Notes: generated by a model not told the origin, from the sequence alone. Counted from the stretch's first letter, positions 48,243-61,976 are shown. The stretch: 64,000 bases of DNA from Octopus sinensis (GCF_006345805.1 NC_042997.1:125860001-125924000), one strand, 5' to 3'. Numbers and translations: made by a program.

Positions 48243-48750
48243 TCATCATCATCATCATCGTTTAACATCCGCTTTCCATGCTAGCATGGGCTGGACAATT
48301 TGATTGAGGACTGGTGAACCAGATGGCTGCACCAGGCCATCTTGATCTGGCAGAGTTTCTACAGATGGATGCCCTTCCTAACACCAACTACTCTGAGAGT
48401 GTAGTGGGTGCTTTTATGTGCCACCGGTACGAGGGCCATTCAGGTGGTACTGGCAACGGACACAAAAAAAATCGGTTTTTTTTTCGAAGGTTGTGCTTCA
48501 CCACTTCATCCCAGGTCTTTCTGGGTCTACTGCTTCCACAGGTTCCCTCAACTGCTAGGGTATGGCACATTTTCACACAGCTATCCTCATCCATTCTCGC
48601 CACATGACCATACCAGCGCAGTCGTCTCTCTTGCACACGATATCTGATGCTTCTTAGGTCCAACTTTTCTATCAAGGTACTTACACTCTGTCGAGTATGC
48701 ACACTGACATTACACATCCATCTGACCATACTAGCTTCATTCCTCGCAAG
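48243..48750 (-). mobile_element. RTE C-terminal ORF fragment plus 3'UTR
   Basis: MVRWMCNVS...VQERRLRWYGHVARMDEDSCVK...RPRKTWDEVV followed by 3'UTR and (GAT)n. Confidence 0.85.
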
Positions 48751-49250
48751 CTATCAGGTATCCATGTTTAAAACTTCAGTGTGATCGGATGAACAATACT
48801 TGAGTTATAAGCGCACAAAAAACAGACAGAACGGGATTAATATATTAGATATTTATATAGTAGAGGAAAAAATAATTTCCTCTCCTACCATTTCTCCATG
48901 TGCGGTTAACACAACCCCACCATTGACTGACTTATATATATATATATATAAAAACATATATATATATAAACATATATATATAAACATATGTATATATATA
49001 TCCATATATAAACATATGTGTATATATATATATATATCCATATATATATAAACATATGTATATATATATATATCCATATATCATGATGATGATGATGATG
49101 ATGATGATGATATATGGATATATATATACATATGTTTATATATATATGGATATATATATATATATACACATATGTTTATATATATATGGATATATATATA
49201 CATATGTTTATATATATATGGATATATATATATGTGTATATATATATATA

Positions 49251-49296
<46 letters not shown>

Positions 49297-49367
49297 ATAT
49301 AGGTAGATAGATAGGTAGATAGATAGATAGATATATCTGCATGTGTATATGTATATATATATATATA

Positions 49368-49681
49368 ATCACCGTGACCGTCACCATGACCGATCAGGCT
49401 ATCAGATGTTGCTACACATCGCTGGTCACAATGTGCTTCGCATTGTTTTAGCCTTCAAATGACGCCACCCCACTGGCTAAGTGAGCAGGCCAACAGAAGA
49501 AAGAGTGAGAGAAAGTTGTGGCGAAAGAGTACAGCAAGGATCACCACCACCCCATGCTGGAGCCTCGTGGAGCTGTAGGTGTTTTCACTCAATAAACACT
49601 CACAACACCCGGTCTAGGAATCAAAACCGCGATCCTACAACTGCGAGTCTGCTGCCCTAACCACTGGGCCATTGCGCCTCC
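49368..49681 (-). mobile_element. SINE-C
   Basis: Reverse complement of 50955-51257. Confidence 0.85.
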
Positions 49682-49712
49682 ATATATACATATATATATA
49701 TATATATATAAT

Positions 49713-49765
<53 letters not shown>

Positions 49766-49914
49766 AGCCTGGTGCAGCCTTCTGGCTTCCCAGAACCCCG
49801 GTCGAACCGTCCAACCCATGCTAGCATGGAGAACGGACGTTAAACGACGATGATGATGATGATGATGATATACATATATATATATGATGATGATGATATA
49901 TATGTATGTATATT

Positions 49915-50190
49915 ATAGCCTCAGGCTAATCAAAGCCTTGTGAGTAGATTTTGTAAATGGAAACTGCAAGAAGTATATATGTGTATATTTGCGCGTGTGT
50001 GTGTGTGTATCTGTGTTTGTACCCCCACCATTGCTTGACAACCGATGTTGCTGTGTTTACATTCTCATAACTTAGTAGACATTGATAGAATAGTACTAGG
50101 CTTACAAAGAATAAATCCTGTGGTCGATTTGTTCGACCAAAGGCGGTGCTCCAGCATGGCCGCAGTTACATGACTGAAATTAATAAAACA
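49915..50190 (+). mobile_element. 5'-truncated SINE-A
   Basis: Body and tail match the consensus. Confidence 0.8.
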
Positions 50191-50617
50191 ATAAAAAAAA
50201 AAACTATGACATTTTAATCGCCTGGTACCTCTGCTAGTTTCAAAATAAATTTGATGACAATGGAATTAAAGGGAGATAATATTCAATAACACTACCAGAC
50301 TACATACAGGAATTATATTTCACTGAAGTTCCTTGTAAGCAGAGCTGAAGCACAAACGGTATCTAATGATTGGAACCAGTAAAAGAATCTTATAGAATGC
50401 TTCCGATTTAGTAAATAGACTAATTGTAGTGGTAATGAGCACATAATGCATTATCTGATGAACATTATGGTAAATGCTAATTTCAGAGAATCTATGCTAA
50501 TGAGAAAATAGAAATCGAACACCAAGCTTGCTCTGCAAACACAGAGTCCTGGGTTAATGCCTTCTGAGTGAATTCGCTTGATGGAAACCATATAGAAACC
50601 TGTCGTGTGTGTGTGTA

Positions 50618-50924
<307 letters not shown>

Positions 50925-50954
50925 ATATACACATATACATATACACACACATAT

Positions 50955-51257
50955 GGAGGCGCAATGGCCCAGTGGTTTGGGCAGCGGACTCGCGGTCGTA
51001 GGATCGCGGTTTCAATTCCCAGACCGGGCATTGTGAGTGTTTATTGAGCAAAACACCTAAAGCTCCACAAGACTCCAGTAGGGGTGGGGGTGGCGATACC
51101 TGCTGTACTCTTTCGCCACAACTTTCTCTCACTCTTTCTTCTGTCGGCCTGCTTGCTTAGCCAGCGGGGTGGCATCATTTGAAGGCTAAAACAATGCGAA
51201 GCGCATTGTGACCAGCGATGTGTAGCAACATCTGATAGCCTGGTCGGTCACGGTGAT
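50955..51257 (+). mobile_element. tRNA-derived SINE-C
   Basis: GGAGGCGCAATGGCCCAGTGG (A box), GGTTTCAATTCC (B box), tail GGTCGGTCACGGTGAT. Confidence 0.85.
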
Positions 51258-51644
51258 ATGGTGACCTGCTGTGCTTCAGGAGACCTATTGAGTCAAGTAC
51301 ATCAAAATAAAAATCAAATGGAAATTGTAGTTGTGATACCCATGCAGTGGCATGTAAAAAGCACCATCTGAACACGGCCGGTGCCAGCGCTGCTTTGACT
51401 GGCTTTCGTACCGGTGGCACGTAAAAAGCACCAATTGGTCATGGCCACTGCCAGTCTCCCCTGGCACCTATGCCTGTGGCACGTAAAAAGCACCCACTAC
51501 ACTCACAGAGTGGTTGGCATTAGGAAGGGCATCAAGCTGTAGAAACACTGCCAGATCAGACTGGAGCCTGGTGCAACCTCCTGGCTTCCCAGACCACGGT
51601 CGAACTGTCCAACTCATGCTAGCATGGAAAACAGACATTAAACA

Positions 51645-51645
<1 letters not shown>
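51258..51645 (+). mobile_element. RTE 3'UTR fused to the preceding SINE-C
   Basis: Nearly collinear with 200-570; followed by (GATA)n. Confidence 0.75.
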
Positions 51646-51724
<79 letters not shown>

Positions 51725-51972
51725 ACAGATAGATAGGTAGAGAGAAAGAGGGGGAGGTATTTCTTTTCAATTTGGAATGTTTTTTACTATTTATTTATTT
51801 AGTCTTTTACCATTCTATAGCTACTGGTATGAGACATGAGTTCAAGAATGGTAACCCCTTTTAGGATGGGGAAAATAATGAAAAGAGGATGGGGTGCGGT
51901 TATCACTAAAAGCATTTTTCTTTTTTCCTTAAGGTGCCAAGACGGAAGATAAGAAGTTCTATGAAATATTAA

Positions 51973-52031
<59 letters not shown>

Positions 52032-52299
52032 TGTGTGTGTGTATACATGTGTGCATGCATATGTGTGCCTGTGATTTATGTGTTTGGAAATATATCTATG
52101 TCTACACTGTGTAATTTCGAAATTTTGCATTGAAAAATAAAGTCAGGTTTCTTTGAATTTCGTGTTTTTGTATGAACAAGCATTAGTGCAATTTTTACAA
52201 ATTAGAAAATTACATAAAGTTAGAATATTCCAATGTTGTATATATATAGATACCTGAATATTTGTATATGTATATACATATATATATATATAATTTTTT

Positions 52300-52680
52300 T
52301 TTCTTTTACTTATTTCAATCATTTGACTGTAGCCATGATGGAGCACCACCTTTTAGTCAAGCAGATCGACCCCAGGACTTATTCTTTGTAAACATAGTAC
52401 TTATTCTATCAGTCTCTTTTGCCGAACCGCTAAGTTACAGGGACGTAAATTCACCAGCATCACTTGTCAAGCGATGTTGGGGGACAAACACAGACACACA
52501 AACATATACACACACATATATATATAAACATATATACAACAGGCTTCTTTCAGGTTTCGTCTCCTAAATCCACTCACAAGGCTTTGGTCGGCCCGAGGCT
52601 ATAATAGAAGACACTTGCCCAAGGTGCCACACAGTGGGACTGAACCCAGCTATTTACCACACAGCCACTCCTGCACCTAT
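52300..52680 (-). mobile_element. SINE-A
   Basis: Consensus match. Confidence 0.9.
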
Positions 52681-52691
52681 ATATGCATATA

Positions 52692-52967
52692 TATCACCGT
52701 GATCACCGTGACCGACCAGGCTATCAGATGTTGCTACACAGCACTGGTCACAATGCGCTTTGCTAAGCGAGCAGGCCAATAGAAGAAAGAGTGAGAGAAA
52801 GTTGTGGTGAAAGAGTACAGCAGGGATCGCCACCACCCCCTGCCAGAGTCTCACGGAGCTTTAAGTGTTTTTGCTGAATAAACACTCACAACGCCCGGTC
52901 TGTGAATCGAAACTGCGATCCTACAACCGCAAGTCCACTGCCCTAACCACTGAGCCATTGTGCCTCC
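52692..52967 (-). mobile_element. SINE-C with an internal deletion
   Basis: Reverse complement of 50955-51257. Confidence 0.85.
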
Positions 52968-52970
52968 GCA

Positions 52971-53004
<34 letters not shown>

Positions 53005-54149
53005 CATGTATCTATGTATGTATGTATAATGGAATGGAAGGTTTATGATACCTGTGGAGTATCTCCTTCTCCCATTATAATTGTTTTGTAGTTTCAAGGA
53101 ACTGGAACAGTTCACCGATTTGTGACATCTGTGCAAAGCGAGGTGATGAGAATGGCTCCTTAGTACATCACACAGTCGATACAATAAATAGAAATAGAAA
53201 AATGCATATATGTGCCAGAGGGAAATAAGAGACACAACTGGGTAGAACGTTTAAGAGAAGATTTATTGATATGTTTACATGTGATTGTGTGTGCGTCATA
53301 TATACAGAATAATAGACAGGCCATCATAAGAATAAGATTAAGATGTATGTGTGTGTATGTAAGTATAGACGTATGCATGTTTAAGAACATATAAGGATGG
53401 CAATGAAGAAGAGACAGAGAAAGAGTCTGTAGCCATCAAAGTGGGGAGTCAATTGTACACAATAGTTGAAATACTGTATCAAGAAGTTGCAGCGATGATG
53501 CAGTGCTGGTTGTGGTACATGTCATGCATGAAGTTGTGGCTGTGATACTGCTGCCTGGGTCACTTATTATAGGAGTTCTTACTGGTTGTATATTCATTGT
53601 TTATCCAAAGTGAAGTAATTCACGAATGGTGCAATGTTGTAACCTGGGCAAGTACATAGAGAGATGTTGACATTAGGACGAATGATGGCAACAGATATGG
53701 AGGTCGCCAAATGCTGTTGGATGAAATCGGTGAGTCTCCACATGGCTGCTGTTGTGTTGTTGCTGGAACTGGCTGTGTCTTGTGTGGTCAGTGGTTAGAC
53801 CTTAAAAGGTCTGGAACTGAAAGACCTCGAGACGAGGAAAAGTTTGGCTTTTATAAGGAGCTGTAGGCTCAAAGCTGAGTAGAAAACAGGCTGTCACACA
53901 TGACTTTATTTGAAGGCTGCAATTGGTTAGGTTGCATATTGGCGTAAATAGAGCAAGAGACAAATTGTGCTAATACCAGCCAATCAGAGTAGTGAACACA
54001 ACAGGGTCTAAAATGCATCCAAAGGCTAGCTGTTATCTACTACGTTTGTATCTGTATATAACAGAGAGGAGAGGAATTTCACTCAAGTGTACGCTACATA
54101 TGTATATATGGATAATTGTTTGGTTAGATTTAAAAAGTTTTTTTTGCTC

Positions 54150-54345
54150 AACATAAACACTGGTGAAATATGACTTGTCTCAAGAAATGAACAGCAACGA
54201 ACATATTTGTTCCTTTTACAACACTTGCAGTGCCATAATTTTCCATCAGCAACATCACCACATGTAGTAAGGCCACATGGTGAATTACAATTTTCACAGG
54301 TGTACATATTCATAATTAGTCAACACCATGCCAACCACTGAACAA
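54150..54345 (-). pseudogene. Merlin (IS1595-like) transposase N-terminal zinc-ribbon remnant
   Basis: QWLA...YTCENCNSPCGLTTCGDVADGKLWHCKCCKRNKYVRCCSFLETSHIS fits C..C...DG..WRC..C....SIR.GSFF..S.L. Confidence 0.6.
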
Positions 54346-54943
54346 TGTTGGAGTAGAGATTATTTGCCAACATGACATAGCAGTCCTGGTTTAGGACAAA
54401 TGTTGCTGTAATTTAGCCCCGGGAGACATCGTCTCCAGCTGGCTATATGAGATGATCTGTGTCTTTATATTTTCAAACAAGGGAATCTAGCACTCTCACT
54501 CAGTTCACAGTTTCTGGGTTATTTCTCTTCATCAGCACAGAATAATTGTTCGGTTTGAGGTGGCGCTGCCAAATTCCTGTTCGAAATATATAGTTTTCAA
54601 AGTGACAACTAATCACTGGTCTATAAATTAGAAAATTACTATTTGCAAATCTCACAAGAGATATTCAGCAACAGTACTTTGGAGTAAAGATTATTTGCCA
54701 ACATAACATAGCAGTCCTGATTTAGGATGAATGTTGCTGAGTGGGAGTGCTAGATTCCCTTGTTCGAAAATTTAAGGACGCAGATCGTGTCATATAACCA
54801 GCTGGAGATGATATCTCCTGAGGCTTAATTACAGCAACGTTCGTCCTAAACCAGCACTGTCATATTATGTTGGCAAATAATCCTTATTCCAAAGCACTGT
54901 TGCTGAATATCTCTCATGAGATTTACAACTAGTAATTTTCTAA
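54345..54943. repeat. Direct plus inverted repeat complex
   Basis: 54345-54503 is inverted at 54737-54892; 54628-54739 repeats the start directly and is inverted at 54833-54943. Confidence 0.75.
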
Positions 54944-55104
54944 CTGAAGAATGTTGTTTCCAGTTTATCCTAATTCAATGATAGTCCACAATTCCTCTAA
55001 GATTGATTCGTTTACTACTTATCTCCCCCTTAATTTTTATTTACTTTTTAATCTAACCAAATTAAACAATTACCATATATATGTATATGTGTGTATATAC
55101 ATAT

Positions 55105-55147
<43 letters not shown>

Positions 55148-55157
<10 letters not shown>

Positions 55158-55806
55158 TTAGAGACAAAACCACTATTATGCAAATCAAACAAAGAAAGAC
55201 TTAATCCAATACATAAAAAATTTTATATAAATTAAATATACGGCTACATTATAAATTTGTCTATATGTTTATGTGTATGTATAGATATATATATGTGTGT
55301 GTGAGTTTGTGTATGTATTTAGATATGTTTATATACATGCATGGATATATGTGCATGAGCATGTGTGTATATATATTTTTTATTTTTTGTTTTTTGAAAT
55401 TAGCGATTTCATCTTTAAATATGAGAATTTAAATATACTAGGTTTAATTATATACAATCGTTTATAGAGGTTATTTTAGTTCTTGATTATATATATTTTC
55501 ATTGATAATTTTATATTTTATATATATTAGTCATTTCAAATTTATATCTTAAAAATATTGATTATATTTTAGGTCTTGAAACCACCTGATGAATGTCAAT
55601 AGAAGTGACAAGAAACGATCGTAGTGGATATCTTAATTATTTTTAATTTATATAAATTTTTTTATGTATTGGATTAAGTCTTTCTTTGTTTGATTTGCAT
55701 AATAGTGGTTTTGTCTCTAATTAATATTATATTATATTTTACTATAAAATTGGATTCAATCCTAAATCTGATTTTTCCCTGTAAATTTGGATTTATTCCC
55801 TAATAT
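55148..55806 (+). mobile_element. Non-coding Penelope-like element end with inverted partial copy, hammerhead and tail
   Basis: ~89-bp near-perfect inverted arms 55148-55236 / 55642-55730; hammerhead just before the right arm; ~75-bp tail; (TA)n on both sides. Confidence 0.65.
55582..55627 (+). ncRNA. Minimal type I hammerhead ribozyme (PLE-type)
   Basis: Stem I CCAC/GTGG; core CTGATGA 55586-92; stem II TGTCA/TGACA with an A-A opposition at 10.1/11.1; GAAA 55612-15; palindromic stem III AC-GATC-GT; GUA triplet ending 55623. Confidence 0.75.
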
Positions 55807-55848
55807 TTATTATTATATATATATATATTTATATATATATATATATAT

Positions 55849-56035
55849 TGTGCTGGTGGCATGTAAAAAGCACCCACTACACTCAAGGAGTGGTTGGCAT
55901 TAGGAAGGGCATCCAGCAGTAGAAACACTGCCAGATCAGACTGGAGCCTCGTGCAGCCTCCTGGCTTCCTAGACCCCGGTCGAACCATCCAAGCCATGCT
56001 AGCATGGAAAACGGACATTAAACGATGATGATGAG
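55849..56035 (+). mobile_element. Short RTE 3' end
   Basis: GAAGGGCATCC motif and (GAT)n tail. Confidence 0.7.
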
Positions 56036-56071
56036 GATATGTGTGTGTATGTATGTATGTGTGTGTGTGTG

Positions 56072-56103
<32 letters not shown>

Positions 56104-56443
56104 TGTATGTATGTATGTATGTATGTATGAATTAAAGAAAACAAAAAATTAAACAAAAATGATAGTGTTCAGTATGTTGGTCACAGGAATTTCTATGAAA
56201 GGGCCATAGTTAAACAAGGCTGTACATCATCTCCAACTCTCCTTAAATTTCTTTGTCTCTCTCTTTCTCTCCTTCTCTTTTTCTCTCTCTCTCTCTGTCT
56301 TCGCCACCACCCTCACTATCTTTACTATTACTCTCACCCAGCATGAGGAATAGTAGAAGTGTCATTGAATAGTAAGAGATGGGGGTCAAAGTGTTACACA
56401 CTGACACACACAAATAAGTTTTTGCATTTATTATATTAGATAT

Positions 56444-57050
56444 ACAGAGTGTGATGGGTAAATTGTCACCATTTTATATTTTTAATTTCGCACATGTGCA
56501 TTGTTTGTTTTTGATTTTGTCAACTACACAGTATAGTAGGGTCAGTTGTGACAAAAACAGCTCCATGACGCAATTTACTCTGGCAGAAATTTGGCAACAT
56601 TATGCCTCCATTCATCTTCCCACACTGCCTCAGACTCAACATGGAGGCCTACATCAAGTGCTTGGAGGAGGTAGTGCTGCTCTGGGTCAAGTGGGTGGTT
56701 GCTGGAAGAGCCCATGTCTGGCAACAGGACTCTTCACAATGCCACACAGGCAGGAGAACCCAGTCATATCTGTCAGACAATTTCTGCAACCACATCATCC
56801 CTAACATCTGGCCACCTAACTCCCCAGACTGCAACCTCCTTGATTATTACGTGCGTGGTACAGTTGTATGAGAGACCAACAAAACTCTTTGTAACACCAA
56901 AGGTGAACTATAGGCAAGGATTATGGCAGAAGAGTTGCAGGAGATTTCTAAGTCATGTGGAGGCCGTGGCTGAAGCCAATGGTAATTTGATCGAATAAAT
57001 TTACTCAGTATATCAAGATATTTTTATGTAATTTTGGTAAATATATTTAA
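56444..57050 (+). mobile_element. maT/DD37D-type transposon, internally deleted
   Basis: WQQDS...WPPNSPDCNLLDYY with 37 residues between the last two Asp; starts TA-CAGAGTGTG. Confidence 0.8.
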
Positions 57051-57494
57051 GGAGTAAAATATTATGGCAGGAATAACAGTATAGAAACGAAAAGATAAAA
57101 AAACACAACTTCACTGTAGAGAATTATTGTAGAAAATTAGAAATGAAAATTTTCTTTTTAGAGAAAATTATTTTTTCCTATCTCTGTTCTATATTGTGCA
57201 TATCTGTGATCTATACTGTATATATTACTAGTCTACATGATTTATACCTCTTATCTACTCTGTTTATATTTCTGGTTTACAAAGATTATATCTATGATCT
57301 ACAAGGTTATGTCTAGTCTACACTGTTGTTATCTCTGGTCTACAATATTTATATCTCTGGTCTACAGTGTTTATTACTCAAATGTTCAGCCACCAATTAC
57401 GTACATAATTTTCATGATTCATTGACTGTGACTTTGTGGTTTCATGATTCATTGACTGTGACTTTGTGGTTTCGTGAAGATATAACATCAAATT

Positions 57495-57845
57495 TCTATA
57501 TATATAAGGCTGCAGTTGTCTGTTTATGGCAGGTTTGGTAGCCTTCAACTAACACTATCTCCTCCAAGACTCTGTGGTGCAAGTTGACCAAAATTGAGAG
57601 TATGATAGAAGAAGGCTTGCTCTTCCTTCCGTAGAAGAAAAAATTCAAATTGGACCATGTTAACACCAAAAATTATTTACATCAAAAAGGTGCTATTTTT
57701 CTATGAAAATCCCTATTTTTTACGATTTTTTTACTGCTGTGTCACCATTTTTCAGTGTATTTCAACCAGAAAAATGTTCACTTAAAGAAAATTCCAATTC
57801 TAAAGGGTTGAAACAAACCTGAGCAACGCCGGGCGATACTGCTAG
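57495..57845 (+). mobile_element. Non-autonomous Helitron
   Basis: TCTATATATATAAGG ... CCTGAGCAACGCCGGGCGATACTG-CTAG-T. Confidence 0.75.
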
Positions 57846-58329
57846 TTATATATAAAACTGTACTGTAAGAAATCCAGCACCCACTACTTGCAAATATTCT
57901 TGTTAAGACATATCTTAATGTCTCTGCTGTCATTAATTTCAGATACCATAAGGGTATTATGTGTGAATACACTGAGCTGAGGGTATGAGTCAATAATGAT
58001 AGTGAGACATAATACTTTGAGTTTGACATGATCTAATGAATGTGTAATTTTAACCTAGATGAAAGGTGGAGGGCATGTTGTGGCATAGTGAGTAATGCAC
58101 CAGAAGTGAAGGGAAATATAAGGAGATGATGCAGCAGAAGTGAGGGTGGAAATGATGTCAGGTAATGAAGAAAGAGATTTGAGTGTCTCTTTTTCTAGAC
58201 AGGTAAATACCAAGAACTCTGAGGAAGGAAATACGACAGACAGGGTCAAAGACAGGGAATTCCAGGCTGAGATTCATGACAAGTGATGGACAGCGGAGTA
58301 GCTCTGAAAGGAAGAGTCACTAGTGTTGA

Positions 58330-59200
58330 GAAATAAGGTGTAGCTACGAGCATGCCTTGAAAGGAAAGGCCAGGAATGAGCTCAAGAGAGAGGCGAATTA
58401 GATGAATTAAAGAGGGTATCTTACTACTTTGAAAAGAAGAGGCAAAGAATGGTGAGTTGCCGATGATGGCCATGATTCAGCCAAACAAAATATAGTCCAG
58501 TCAGTGCTAGGTTTCTGGGAGCTGAATGAGCATGTATCATATCATATGTGTGGTGAAGCCACAGATATCTGTGGAGAAACCTTGCAGGAGTGACAGGAGT
58601 GTCTACATTTATCAATCTTAAGTCAGCATATTTACAGCTCCATGTGGCTGAGAAATTGTGGAGATATCAGCTGCTGAGATACAAAGGCAGGTGGATGTTG
58701 TTTCCAGGATAAAAAAAAAACCCTGGTTGGAGATGCTGGAGGAATCACTGAGTAGGATGGCTGCAGTATGTTTGCTGGAAAGTCTGGAGCCAAGGAGGCT
58801 ACATAACATGCATCATATGGTGGTGGAGAGGACCCTGTTTTGGGCCAGGAAAGTTGACTCTGATATCACTAGGGAGAGTATCCAGAAGGTAGTTGAGAAC
58901 TGGGAAAGGTGTCAGACCATTGACCTCACACCAAGTGAGCAAGAAATGAAGATTTAGGTGGAAGAAGACTGGAAGTTGGTAATAGAGGTGATGAACAACC
59001 CAGAAAGATTGTACCTTTCAATGATCAACTGTGAGCCAGTGCAGATGGCAATAAGGAGAGAAATCAGGATGAAGATTGTAGCTGAAATTGGAGGGGTGTT
59101 GAATGCAGTATTTCTAGAAAGCAAGCCAGTGAACAAGCTGTTGACGGACAACAGTACAGCACTTACTTTTGGGATTGCTGAAGGGAATACTTGACAGATG
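58330..59200 (+). mobile_element. Gypsy-type LTR retrotransposon pol remnant (integrase)
   Basis: HNMHHMVVERTLFWARKV...WERCQTID (decayed HHCC) and LYLSMINCEP...VFLESKPVNKLLTDNSTA (integrase core). Confidence 0.65.
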
Positions 59201-59399
59201 GAACATCAGACACTTCCTCAGAGTTGCATATAGTCTGAATGGAAATGTGATTGTGGAAATACACTATCACAAAATCAAGGCCATGGCCAAAAATGAATGA
59301 ATCTGCCCTTTTGAGACAGTTTTCTGGTACAACATGTCACCCAAGGCAAGACAATGAGGAGTCTGTCCCATAAAGAGCAATATTCAGGTATGAATGGAA

Positions 59400-60420
59400 A
59401 CATTCAAGCATTGTGCTGTTGCATTTTGAGGAAGAACTTGCATCCTTTCAGAGGGACATGAGGTGTGGGTGAAACTATCCAATGTGCAGTGCATGATTCA
59501 GTGGGGGAAAAGCAAATGTGACAGAAGTGAACTCTTAAATAACATTTTGATCAAAAGAATGCTGTGTCACATTCTGAACATGCATATAGTTGTCAGCTCC
59601 TCAGATGAAGAACAACAAGAGGGTGAGGCCAGCCCCACAATCTTGTAAAGGTCACACTACGTACATGAAGGAGTAATAGATATCCTGCCACAAAAATACC
59701 AGCTGATGATTTAGTCTTACTTACCAATCTATTAAGCCAAGCAGAAACCATTCTCCATGGTCTTGAACATTCAGCTAAAGGTATCAGTCTCCATGTTGAC
59801 TCAGACAAAACATAAGCTTAAATCAAAATGAAACAATTAAAACAGTGCCTGGCACATTTCTCAACTGTGTAGAAGAATTTACTCCTCTAAGTAGTAAAAT
59901 CTCAATCTGCAAAAGCAATGGAAAAGCCTGAGGTGCTGTTAACAAGTTATTTCTCATGTGGAAATCAAGAATTCCAGACATGAAAAAGAACCACTTTCAG
60001 GCAACCATTACTTCTGTTCTATTGTATGGCTGCTTAGCATGGAGCTTTACCTCAAAATTGGGAAGAAGCTTGGATGGAGCCTACATTTGCATGCTAAGAG
60101 TGGCTTTGAATCTCATGTTGAGAGATTGTCTGCCCAATGAGCAATTGTATAGGAATCTTCATCCAGTATCAGACACTATCAAAGAGCATAGAGTCAGACT
60201 CACAGGGCATTGCTGGAGAGAAAAAGATGAAATTGTTTGTGAAGATTTTTTGTTTGTGGGGGCCTACACAAGAAAGAGTTTGCAGGGGATGACAAGCCAA
60301 GACCTATATCAAGCAGATTTGTGACAACATAAACTGCAATCCTTCTAACCTGCCAGATATGATGAACAATAGAATTGGATGGCAAGAGAGCCACAGGAAT
60401 CTGTGCAAGCACTGTGACCA
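59400..60420 (+). mobile_element. Decayed RTE-group LINE, different family
   Basis: ADDLVLL at ~59702; FQATITSVLLYGCLAW; LDGAYICMLRVALN; VRLTGHCWR. Confidence 0.7.
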
Positions 60421-60423
60421 GAT

Positions 60424-61768
60424 ACTCTTTTACTTGTTTCAGTCATTTGACTGTGGCCATGCTGGAACACTGCCTTTTAGTAGAGCAAATCGACCCCAGG
60501 ACTTATTCTTAGTAAGCCTAGTACTTATTCTATCAGTCTCTTTTGCCGAACCACTAAGTTATGGGGACGTAAACACACCAGCATCGGTTGTCAAGTGATG
60601 TTGGGGTGGGGGGACAAACACAGACACACAAACATATACACACACGCATGCATATATATATATATATACGACGGGTTTCTTTCAGTTTCCATCTTCCAAA
60701 TCCACACACAAGGCTTTGATCGGCCCGAGGCTATAGTAGAAGACACTTGCCCAAGGTGCCACGCAGTGGGACTGAACCCGGAACCATGTGGTTGGTAAGC
60801 AAGCTACCTACCACACAACCACTCCTACAAATGAGAAAGACATTAGTGATTATCCCATGTAGCTTAGCTATGGCGAATATATATTTCTGTCTCCAGGCTG
60901 GTATTGTTTTTTATATCATGGAGACAACATAGAGTATTGTCAGCACTGTATCTAATACACACGTCTCAGAATTTAGATTTTATTTGTTTGTTGTTGTCGT
61001 TGTTGTCCAACCCTAGGTCAGCTCTGATCTAGTGGACCTGTAGAATAACTAGGCACAACACTCATATCTGTATACTGCTTTTGACTTACTGGGGACCACA
61101 CTGCACACTCTGACATGCAATGAGGAACTTGATGTTATGCAGTGTAATACTTTGAATATATATTCTCTCTTCTATTTTGAATTTATAAGTCTGTAGATTA
61201 TTGTGGTTGACACAGTGGGCGTGAAAAACGGGGAATGCCTTTGATCATAGGTTTCCTCAACCATAAGGTTGACTCGGGGCTAATAATCAATAACAACACC
61301 CTCACTTTGTAAGAAAGACGGGCATATGTATAAAGGAAATTTAACAGCCAGAGCGGGAATGTTGCAGGGGACATAACTCTTAAATCACCAAACTGTATTC
61401 TATTGTGTCTGGGGAGAGTCATTTTCTTTTTGTGCCTTATAATTGACTGTATTATTACTTCTATTGAGGTTACAAGTGAGTTTTACCAATAACATTTTTC
61501 CAAATATTCAGACTACAGATCTGTCTGACAGAGCCGAAGCTTTGAAGCCACTATTCTTTTATTCTTTTACTTGTTTCAGTCATTTGACTGCGACTATGCT
61601 GGAGCACCGCCTTTAGTAGAGCAAATCGACCCCGGGACTTATTCTTTGGAAGCCTAGTACTTATTCTATCGGTCTCTTTTGCCGAACCGCTAAGTGACGG
61701 GGACGTAAACACACCAGCATCGGTTGTCAAGCAAAGCTAGGGGGACAAACACAGACATACACACACAT

Positions 61769-61809
<41 letters not shown>

Positions 61810-61976
61810 TACAACAGGCTTCTTTCAGTTTCCGTCTACCAAATCCACTCACAAGGCATTGGTCGACCCGGGGCTATAGCAGAAGACACTTGCCCAAGGT
61901 GCCACGCAGTGAGACTGAACCCGAAACCATGTGGTTGGTTAGCAAGCTACTTACCACACAGCCACTCCTGTGCCTA
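60424..61976 (-). mobile_element. Two SINE-A copies (60424-60828, 61553-61976)
   Basis: Consensus matches. Confidence 0.9.

Noticed and set aside
57411-57475. Short tandem duplications (also 14676-14830, 63851-63913)
   Set aside because: Ordinary local slippage duplications with no further structure.
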